A stretch of 64,000 bases of DNA from Auanema rhodensis (lineage: Eukaryota > Animalia > Nematoda). Positions 1-11,000 of the stretch are shown here, in pieces. The stretch is from the NCBI GenBank assembly GCA_964057225.1, contig OZ059900.1:18972001-19036000 (forward strand), written 5' to 3'. Numbering within the stretch: position 1 is the first letter of the stretch; every line of letters starts with the position of its first letter. A model generated the notes under the pieces. It searched no databases, was not told the origin of the DNA, and saw only the letters and a program-made list of their open reading frames with translations. Both the position numbers and the translations under genes were made by a program.

Positions 1-342
1 CATTTGACGACTCATATGAACAAAAATCGATTTAATCAATATTAGCCATAAGGGGCGTGCCCTCAGAATATGCTAATTTCCTTAATTTTCTAACCCCTGT
101 TTTTTTGTCGTGAAAGTGGAACTAGACGTTGTACGAACAATTTTGAGCTAGGTTTCATTGACATTGCATGAGTTTGAACACATGAAATCGTAAGTCAAAC
201 CCTTGTTTACAGCGAAATTTCCAAAAACTGGTTTTCCAGCATAATAAAATATTTCTCATGGGAAATACTGTGTTTTTGTATTTTTCTAGTGTTCAGCATG
301 TAAAATGCTTCATTTTAGTATGTAACACGCTGAAATTCGTTG
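1..342 (+). repeat. Representative 342-bp monomer (consensus except A200C)
   Basis: AT-rich (116/342 G+C in the consensus) with many A/T tracts and one short GC patch (AGGGGCGTGCCCT, 51-63). All six reading frames contain stops. Confidence 0.98.
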
Positions 343-684
343 CATTTGACGACTCATATGAACAAAAATCGATTTAATCAATATTAGCCATAAGGGGCGT
401 GCCCTCAGAATATGCTAATTTCCTTAATTTTCTAACCCCTGTTTTTTTGTCGTGAAAGTGGAACTAGACGTTGTACGAACAATTTTGAGCTAGGTTTCAT
501 TGACATTGCATGAGTTTGAACACATGAAATCGTAAGTCAAAACCTTGTTTACAGCGAAATTTCCAAAAACTGGTTTTCCAGCATAATAAAACATTTCTCA
601 TGGGAAATACTGTGTTTTTGTATTTTTCTAGTGTTCAGCATGTAAAATGCTTCATTTTAGTATGTAACACGCTGAAATTCGTTG

Positions 685-3600
685 CATTTGACGACTCATA
701 TGAACAAAAATCGATTTAATCAATATTAGCCATAAGGGGCGTGCCCTCAGAATATGCTAATTTCCTTAATTTTCTAACCCTTGTTTTTTTGTCGTGAAAG
801 TGGAACTAGACGTTGTACGAACAATTTTGAGCTAGGTTTCATTGACATTGCATGAGTTTGAACACATGAAATCGTAAGTCAAACCCTTGTTTACAGCGAA
901 ATTTCCAAAAACTGGTTTTCCAGCATAATAAAATATTTCTCATGGGAAATACTGTGTTTTTGTATTTTTCTAGTGTTCAGCATGTAAAATGCTTCATTTT
1001 AGTATGTAACACGCTGAAATTCGTTGCATTTGACGACTCATATGAACCAAAATCGATTTAATCAATATTAGCCATAAGGGGCGTGCCCTCAGAATATGCT
1101 AATTTCCTTAATTTTCTAACCCTTGTTTTTTTGTCGTGAAAGTGGAACTAGACGTTGTACGAACAATTTTGAGCTAGGTTTCATTGACATTGCATGAGTT
1201 TGAACACATGAAATCGTAAGTCAAAACCTTGTTTACAGCGAAATTTCCAAAAACTGGTTTTCCAGCATAATAAAATATTTCTCATGGGAAATATTGTGTT
1301 TTTGTATTTTTCTAGTGTTCAGCATGTAAAATGCTTCATTTTAGTATGTAACACGCTGAAATTCGTTGCATTTGACGACTCATATGAACAAAAATCGATT
1401 TAATCAATATTAGCCATAAGGGGCGTGCCCTCAGAATATGCTAATTTCCTTAATTTTCTAACCCCTGTTTTTTTGTCGTGAAAGTGGAACTAGACGTTGT
1501 ACGAACAATTTTGAGCTAGGTTTCATTGACATTGCATGAGTTTGAACACATGAAATCGTAAGTCAAACCCTTGTTTACAGCGAAATTTCCAAAAACTGGT
1601 TTTCCAGCATAATAAAATATTTCTCATGGGAAATACTGTGTTTTTGTATTTTTCTAGTGTTCAGCATGTAAAATGCTTCATTTTAGTATGTAACACGCTG
1701 AAATTCGTTGCATTTGACGACTCATATGAACAAAAATCGATTTAATCAATATTAGCCATAAGGGGCGTGCCCTCAGAATATGCTAATTTCCTTAATTTTC
1801 TAACCCCTGTTTTTTTGTCGTGAAAGTGGAACTAGACGTTGTACGAACAATTTTGAGCTAAGTTTCATTGACATTGCATGAGTTTGAACACATGAAATCG
1901 TAAGTCAAAACCTTGTTTACAGCGAAATTTCCAAAAACTGGTTTTCCAGCATAATAAAATATTTCTCATGGGAAATACTGTGTTTTTGTTTTTTTCTAGT
2001 GTTCAGCATGTAAAATGCTTCATTTTAGTATGTAACACGCTGAAATTCGTTGCATTTGACGACTCATATGAACAAAAATCGATTTAATCAATATTAGCCA
2101 TAAGGGGCGTGCCCTCAGAATATGCTAATTTCCTTAATTTTCTAACCCCTGTTTTTTTGTCGTGAAAGTGGAACTAGACGTTGTACGAACAATTTTGAGC
2201 TAGGTTTCATTGACATTGCATGAGTTTGAACACATGAAATCGTAAGTCAAACCCTTGTTTACAGCGAAATTTCCAAAAACTGGTTTTCCAGCATAATAAA
2301 ATATTTCTCATGGGAAATACTGTGTTTTTGTATTTTTCTAGTGTTCAGCATGTAAAATGCTTCATTTTAGTATGTAACACGCTGAAATTCGTTGCATTTG
2401 ACGACTCATATGAACAAAAATCGATTTAATCAATATTAGCCATAAGGGGCGTGCCCTCAGAATATGCTAATTTCCTTAATTTTCTAACCCCTGTTTTTTT
2501 GTCGTGAAAGTGGAACTAGACGTTGTACGAACAATTTTGAGCTAAGTTTCATTGACATTGCATGAGTTTGAACACATGAAATCGTAAGTCAAAACCTTGT
2601 TTACAGCGAAATTTCCAAAAACTGGTTTTCCAGCATAATAAAATATTTCTCATGGGAAATACTGTGTTTTTGTTTTTTTCTAGTGTTCAGCATGTAAAAT
2701 GCTTCATTTTAGTATGTAACACGCTGAAATTCGTTGCATTTGACGACTCATATGAACAAAAATCGATTTAATCAATATTAGCCATAAGGGGCGTGCCCTC
2801 AGAATATACTAATTTCCTTAATTTTCTAACCCCTGTTTTTTTGTCGTGAAAGTGGAACTAGACGTTGTACGAACAATTTTGAGCTAGGTTTCATTGACAT
2901 TGCATGAGTTTGAACACATGAAATCGTAAGTCAAAACCTTGTTTACAGCGAAATTTCCAAAAACTGGTTTTCCAGCATAATAAAATATTTTTCATGGGAA
3001 ATACTGTGTTTTTGTATTTTTCTAGTGTTCAGCATGTAAAATGCTTCATTTTAGTATGTAACACGCTGAAATTCGTTGCATTTGACGACTCATATGAACA
3101 AAAATCGATTTAATCAATATTAGCCATAAGGGGCGTGCCCTCAGAATATGCTAATTTCCTTAATTTTCTAACCCTTGTTTTTTTGTCGTCAAAGTGGAAC
3201 TAGACGTTGTACGAACAATTTTGAGCTAGGTTTCATTGACATTGCATGAGTTTGAACACATGAAATCGTAAGTCAAAACCTTGTTTACAGCGAAATTTCC
3301 AAAAACTGGTTTTCCAGCATAATAAAATATTTCTCATGGGAAATACTGTGTTTTTGTATTTTTCTAGTGTTCAGCATGTAAAATGCTTCATTTTAGTATG
3401 TAACACGCTGAAATTCGTTGCATTTGACGACTCATATGAACAAAAATCGATTTAATCAATATTAGCCATAAGGGGCGTGCCCTCAGAATATGCTAATTTC
3501 CTTAATTTTCTAACCCCTGTTTTTTTGTCGTGAAAGTGGAACTAGACGTTGTACGAACAATTTTGAGCTAAGTTTCATTGACATTGCATGAGTTTGAACA

Positions 3601-6600
3601 CATGAAATCGTAAGTCAAAACCTTGTTTACAGCGAAATTTCCAAAAACTGGTTTTCCAGCATAATAAAATATTTCTCATGGGAAATACTGTGTTTTTGTT
3701 TTTTTCTAGTGTTCAGCATGTAAAATGCTTCATTTTAGTATGTAACACGCTGAAATTCGTTGCATTTGACGACTCATATGAACAAAAATCGATTTAATCA
3801 ATATTAGCCATAAGGGACGTGCCCTCAGAATATACTAATTTCCTTAATTTTCTAATCCCTGTTTTTTTGTCGTGAAAGTGGAACTAGACGTTGTACGAAC
3901 AATTTTGAGCTAAGTTTCATTGACATTGCATGAGTTTGAACACATGAAATCGTAAGTCAAAACCTTGTTTACAGCGAAATTTCCAAAAACTGGTTTTCCA
4001 GCATAATAAAATATTTCTCATGGGAAATACTGTGTTTTTGTTTTTTTCTAGTGTTCAGCATGTAAAATGCTTCATTTTAGTATGTAACACGCTGAAATTC
4101 GTTGCATTTGACGACTCATATGAACAAAAATCGATTTAACCAATATTAGCCATAAGGGGCGTGCCCTCAGAATATACTAATTTCCTTAATTTTCTAACCC
4201 CTGTTTTTTTGTCGTGAAAGTGGAACTAGACGTTGTACGAACAATTTTGAGCTAGGTTTCATTGACATTGCATGAGTTTGAACACATGAAATCGTAAGTC
4301 AAAACCTTGTTTACAGCGAAATTTCCAAAAACTGGTTTTCCAGCATAATAAAATATTTCTCATGGGAAATACTGTGTTTTTGTATTTTTCTAGTGTTCAG
4401 CATGTAAAATGCTTCATTTTAGTATGTAACACGCTGAAATTCGTTGCATTTGACGACTCATATGAACAAAAATCGATTTAATCAATATTAGCCATAAGGG
4501 GCGTGCCCTCAGAATATGCTAATTTCCTTAATTTTCTAACCCCTGTTTTTTTGTCGTGAAAGTGGAACTAGACGTTGTACGAACAATTTTGAGCTAAGTT
4601 TCATTGACATTGCATGAGTTTGAACACATGAAATCGTAAGTCAAAACCTTGTTTACAGCGAAATTTCCAAAAACTGGTTTTCCAGCATAATAAAATATTT
4701 CTCATGGGAAATACTGTGTTTTTGTTTTTTTCTAGTGTTCAGCATGTAAAATGCTTCATTTTAGTATGTAACACGCTGAAATTCGTTGCATTTGACGACT
4801 CATATGAACAAAAATCGATTTAATCAATATTAGCCATAAGGGGCGTGCCCTCAGAATATGCTAATTTCCTTAATTTTCTAACCCTTGTTTTTTTGTCGTG
4901 AAAGTGGAACTAGACGTTGTACGAACAATTTTGAGCTAGGTTTCATTGACATTGCATGAGTTTGAACACATGAAATCGTAAGTCAAACCCTTGTTTACAG
5001 CGAAATTTCCAAAAACTGGTTTTCCAGCATAATAAAATATTTCTCATGGGAAATACTGTGTTTTTGTATTTTTCTAGTGTTCAGCATGTAAAATGCTTCA
5101 TTTTAGTATGTAACACGCTGAAATTCGTTGCATTTGACGACTCATATGAACCAAAATCGATTTAATCAATATTAGCCATAAGGGGCGTGCCCTCAGAATA
5201 TGCTAATTTCCTTAATTTTCTAACCCTTGTTTTTTTGTCGTGAAAGTGGAACTAGACGTTGTACGAACAATTTTGAGCTAGGTTTCATTGACATTGCATG
5301 AGTTTGAACACATGAAATCGTAAGTCAAAACCTTGTTTACAGCGAAATTTCCAAAAACTGGTTTTCCAGCATAATAAAATATTTCTCATGGGAAATATTG
5401 TGTTTTTGTATTTTTCTAGTGTTCAGCATGTAAAATGCTTCATTTTAGTATGTAACACGCTGAAATTCGTTGCATTTGACGACTCATATGAACAAAAATC
5501 GATTTAATCAATATTAGCCATAAGGGGCGTGCCCTCAGAATATGCTAATTTCCTTAATTTTCTAACCCCTGTTTTTTTGTCGTGAAAGTGGAACTAGACG
5601 TTGTACGAACAATTTTGAGCTAGGTTTCATTGACATTGCATGAGTTTGAACACATGAAATCGTAAGTCAAACCCTTGTTTACAGCGAAATTTCCAAAAAC
5701 TGGTTTTCCAGCATAATAAAATATTTCTCATGGGAAATACTGTGTTTTTGTATTTTTCTAGTGTTCAGCATGTAAAATGCTTCATTTTAGTATGTAACAC
5801 GCTGAAATTCGTTGCATTTGACGACTCATATGAACAAAAATCGATTTAATCAATATTAGCCATAAGGGGCGTGCCCTCAGAATATGCTAATTTCCTTAAT
5901 TTTCTAACCCCTGTTTTTTTGTCGTGAAAGTGGAACTAGACGTTGTACGAACAATTTTGAGCTAAGTTTCATTGACATTGCATGAGTTTGAACACATGAA
6001 ATCGTAAGTCAAAACCTTGTTTACAGCGAAATTTCCAAAAACTGGTTTTCCAGCATAATAAAATATTTCTCATGGGAAATACTGTGTTTTTGTTTTTTTC
6101 TAGTGTTCAGCATGTAAAATGCTTCATTTTAGTATGTAACACGCTGAAATTCGTTGCATTTGACGACTCATATGAACAAAAATCGATTTAATCAATATTA
6201 GCCATAAGGGGCGTGCCCTCAGAATATGCTAATTTCCTTAATTTTCTAACCCCTGTTTTTTTGTCGTGAAAGTGGAACTAGACGTTGTACGAACAATTTT
6301 GAGCTAGGTTTCATTGACATTGCATGAGTTTGAACACATGAAATCGTAAGTCAAACCCTTGTTTACAGCGAAATTTCCAAAAACTGGTTTTCCAGCATAA
6401 TAAAATATTTCTCATGGGAAATACTGTGTTTTTGTATTTTTCTAGTGTTCAGCATGTAAAATGCTTCATTTTAGTATGTAACACGCTGAAATTCGTTGCA
6501 TTTGACGACTCATATGAACAAAAATCGATTTAATCAATATTAGCCATAAGGGGCGTGCCCTCAGAATATGCTAATTTCCTTAATTTTCTAACCCCTGTTT

Positions 6601-8017
6601 TTTTGTCGTGAAAGTGGAACTAGACGTTGTACGAACAATTTTGAGCTAAGTTTCATTGACATTGCATGAGTTTGAACACATGAAATCGTAAGTCAAAACC
6701 TTGTTTACAGCGAAATTTCCAAAAACTGGTTTTCCAGCATAATAAAATATTTCTCATGGGAAATACTGTGTTTTTGTTTTTTTCTAGTGTTCAGCATGTA
6801 AAATGCTTCATTTTAGTATGTAACACGCTGAAATTCGTTGCATTTGACGACTCATATGAACAAAAATCGATTTAATCAATATTAGCCATAAGGGGCGTGC
6901 CCTCAGAATATACTAATTTCCTTAATTTTCTAACCCCTGTTTTTTTGTCGTGAAAGTGGAACTAGACGTTGTACGAACAATTTTGAGCTAGGTTTCATTG
7001 ACATTGCATGAGTTTGAACACATGAAATCGTAAGTCAAAACCTTGTTTACAGCGAAATTTCCAAAAACTGGTTTTCCAGCATAATAAAATATTTTTCATG
7101 GGAAATACTGTGTTTTTGTATTTTTCTAGTGTTCAGCATGTAAAATGCTTCATTTTAGTATGTAACACGCTGAAATTCGTTGCATTTGACGACTCATATG
7201 AACAAAAATCGATTTAATCAATATTAGCCATAAGGGGCGTGCCCTCAGAATATGCTAATTTCCTTAATTTTCTAACCCTTGTTTTTTTGTCGTCAAAGTG
7301 GAACTAGACGTTGTACGAACAATTTTGAGCTAGGTTTCATTGACATTGCATGAGTTTGAACACATGAAATCGTAAGTCAAAACCTTGTTTACAGCGAAAT
7401 TTCCAAAAACTGGTTTTCCAGCATAATAAAATATTTCTCATGGGAAATACTGTGTTTTTGTATTTTTCTAGTGTTCAGCATGTAAAATGCTTCATTTTAG
7501 TATGTAACACGCTGAAATTCGTTGCATTTGACGACTCATATGAACAAAAATCGATTTAATCAATATTAGCCATAAGGGGCGTGCCCTCAGAATATGCTAA
7601 TTTCCTTAATTTTCTAACCCCTGTTTTTTTGTCGTGAAAGTGGAACTAGACGTTGTACGAACAATTTTGAGCTAAGTTTCATTGACATTGCATGAGTTTG
7701 AACACATGAAATCGTAAGTCAAAACCTTGTTTACAGCGAAATTTCCAAAAACTGGTTTTCCAGCATAATAAAATATTTCTCATGGGAAATACTGTGTTTT
7801 TGTTTTTTTCTAGTGTTCAGCATGTAAAATGCTTCATTTTAGTATGTAACACGCTGAAATTCGTTGCATTTGACGACTCATATGAACAAAAATCGATTTA
7901 ATCAATATTAGCCATAAGGGACGTGCCCTCAGAATATACTAATTTCCTTAATTTTCTAATCCCTGTTTTTTTGTCGTGAAAGTGGAACTAGACGTTGTAC
8001 GAACAATTTTGAGCTAG
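685..8017. repeat. Higher-order duplication with 12-monomer (4104 bp) period: m3-12 repeated as m15-24
   Basis: The same ordered variant series occurs at 685 and 4789: C97T+A200C; A22C+C97T+C268T; A200C; G151A+A280T; A200C; G151A+A280T; G72A+C255T; C97T+G112C; G151A+A280T; G55A+G72A+C94T. Confidence 0.9.
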
Positions 8018-11000
8018 GTTTCATTGACATTGCATGAGTTTGAACACATGAAATCGTAAGTCAAAACCTTGTTTACAGCGAAATTTCCAAAAACTGGTTT
8101 TCCAGCATAATAAAATATTTCTCATGGGAAATACTGTGTTTTTGTATTTTTCTAGTGTTCAGCATGTAAAATGCTTCATTTTAGTATGTAACACGCTGAA
8201 ATTCGTTGCATTTGACGACTCATATGAACAAAAATCGATTTAATCAATATTAGCCATAAGGGGCGTGCCCTCAGAATATGCTAATTTCCTTAATTTTCTA
8301 ACCCCTGTTTTTTTGTCGTGAAAGTGGAACTAGACGTTGTACGAACAATTTTGAGCTAGGTTTCATTGACATTGCATGAGTTTGAACACATGAAATCGTA
8401 AGTCAAAACCTTGTTTACAGCGAAATTTCCAAAAACTGGTTTTCCAGCATAATAAAATATTTCTCATGGGAAATACTGTGTTTTTGTATTTTTCTAGTGT
8501 TCAGCATGTAAAATGCTTCATTTTAGTATGTAACACGCTGAAATTCGTTGCATTTGACGACTCATATGAACAAAAATCGATTTAATCAATATTAGCCATA
8601 AGGGGCGTGCCCTCAGAATATGCTAATTTCCTTAATTTTCTAACCCTTGTTTTTTTGTCGTGAAAGTGGAACTAGACGTTGTACAAACAATTTTGAGCTA
8701 GGTTTCATTGACATTGCATGAGTTTGAACACATGAAATCGTAAGTCAAAACCTTGTTTACAGCGAAATTTCCAAAAACTGGTTTTCCAGCATGATAAAAT
8801 ATTTCTCATGGGAAATACTGTGTTTTTGTATTTTTCTAGTGTTCAGCATGTGAAATGCTTCATTTTAGTATGTAACACGCTGAAATTCGTTGCATTTGAC
8901 GACTCATATGAACAAAAATCGATTTAATCAATATTAGCCATAAGGGGCGTGCCCTCAGAATATACTAATTTCCTTAATTTTCTAACCCCTGTTTTTTTTG
9001 TCGTGAAAGTGGAACTAGACGTTGTACAAACAATTTTGAGCTAGGTTTCATTGACATTGCATGAGTTTGAACACATGAAATCGTAAGTCAAAACCTTGTT
9101 TACAGCGAAATTTCCAAAAACTGGTTTTCCAGCATAATAAAATATTTCTCATGGGAAATACTGTGTTTTTGTATTTTTCTAGTGTTCAGCATGTAAAATG
9201 CTTCATTTTAGTATGTAACACGCTGAAATTCGTTGCATTTGACGACTCATATGAACAAAAATCGATTTAATCAATATTAGCCATAAGGGGCGTGCCCTCA
9301 GAATATACTAATTTCCTTAATTTTCTAACCCCTGTTTTTTTGTCGTGAAAGTGGAACTAGACGTTGTACGAACAATTTTGAGCTAAGTTTCATTGACATT
9401 GCATGAGTTTGAACACATGAAATCGTAAGTCAAAACCTTGTTTACAGCGAAATTTCCAAAAACTGGTTTTCCAGCATAATAAAATATTTCTCATGGGAAA
9501 TACTGTGTTTTTGTTTTTTTCTAGTGTTCAGCATGTAAAATGCTTCATTTTAGTATGTAACACGCAGAAATTCGTTGCATTTGACGACTCATATGAACAA
9601 AAATCGATTTAATCATTATTAGCCATAAGGGGCGTGCCCTCAGAATATGCTAATTTCCTTAATTTTCTAACCCCTGTTTTTTTGTCGTGAAAGTGGAACT
9701 AGACGTTGTACAAACAATTTTGAGCTAGGTTTCATTGACATTGCATGAGTTTGAACACATGAAATCGTAAGTCAAAACCTTGTTTACAGCGAAATTTCCA
9801 AAAACTGGTTTTCCAGCATGATAAAATATTTCTCATGGGAAATACTGTGTTTTTGTATTTTTCTAGTGTTCAGCATGTGAAATGCTTCATTTTAGTATGT
9901 AACACGCTGAAATTCGTTGCATTTGACGACTCATATGAACAAAAATCGATTTAATCAATATTAGCCATAAGGGGCGTGCCCTCAGAATATGCTAATTTCC
10001 TTAATTTTCTAACCCCTGTTTTTTTGTCGTGAAAGTGGAACTAGACGTTGTACGAACAATTTTGAGCTAGGTTTCATTGACATTGCATGAGTTTGAACAC
10101 ATGAAATCGTAAGTCAAACCCTTGTTTACAGCGAAATTTCCAAAAACTGGTTTTCCAGCATAATAAAATATTTCTCATGGGAAATACTGTGTTTTTGTAT
10201 TTTTCTAGTGTTCAGCATGTAAAATGCTTCATTTTAGTATGTAACACGCTGAAATTCGTTGCATTTGACGACTCATATGAACAAAAATCGATTTAATCAA
10301 TATTAGCCATAAGGGGCGTGCCCTCAGAATATGCTAATTTCCTTAATTTTCTAACCCCTGTTTTTTTGTCGTGAAAGTGGAACTAGACGTTGTACGAACA
10401 ATTTTGAGCTAAGTTTCATTGACATTGCATGAGTTTGAACACATGAAATCGTAAGTCAAAACCTTGTTTACAGCGAAATTTCCAAAAACTGGTTTTCCAG
10501 CATAATAAAATATTTCTCATGGGAAATACTGTGTTTTTGTTTTTTTCTAGTGTTCAGCATGTAAAATGCTTCATTTTAGTATGTAACACGCTGAAATTCG
10601 TTGCATTTGACGACTCATATGAACAAAAATCGATTTAATCAATATTAGCCATAAGGGGCGTGCCCTCAGAATATACTAATTTCCTTAATTTTCTAACCCC
10701 TGTTTTTTTGTCGTGAAAGTGGAACTAGACGTTGTACGAACAATTTTGAGCTAGGTTTCATTGACATTGCATGAGTTTGAACACATGAAATCGTAAGTCA
10801 AAACCTTGTTTACAGCGAAATTTCCAAAAACTGGTTTTCCAGCATAATAAAATATTTTTCATGGGAAATACTGTGTTTTTGTATTTTTCTAGTGTTCAGC
10901 ATGTAAAATGCTTCATTTTAGTATGTAACACGCTGAAATTCGTTGCATTTGACGACTCATATGAACAAAAATCGATTTAATCAATATTAGCCATAAGGGG

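Noticed and set aside
89-98. Telomere-like TAACCC(C/T)
   Set aside because: A single non-tandem occurrence per monomer, which is expected by chance.
242-248. AATAAA polyadenylation signal and other promoter-like motifs
   Set aside because: Short AT-rich motifs with no associated gene, expected by chance at 66% AT.
1-342. Primate alpha-satellite dimer (2 x 171 bp)
   Set aside because: Only the length matches. I recognise no alpha-satellite sequence, and the two halves are not clearly homologous.
1-342. Tandem 5S rRNA, tRNA, snRNA or spliced-leader gene unit
   Set aside because: I recognise no 5S, tRNA cloverleaf or spliced-leader sequence. Variants are spread over the unit with no obvious gene-versus-spacer contrast. 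An Rfam cmscan would settle this.
335-351. CENP-B box-like motif (TTCGTTGCATTTGAC)
   Set aside because: It matches the TTCG and A of the TTCGnnnnAnnCGGG core but lacks CGGG, so it is unlikely to be a functional box.
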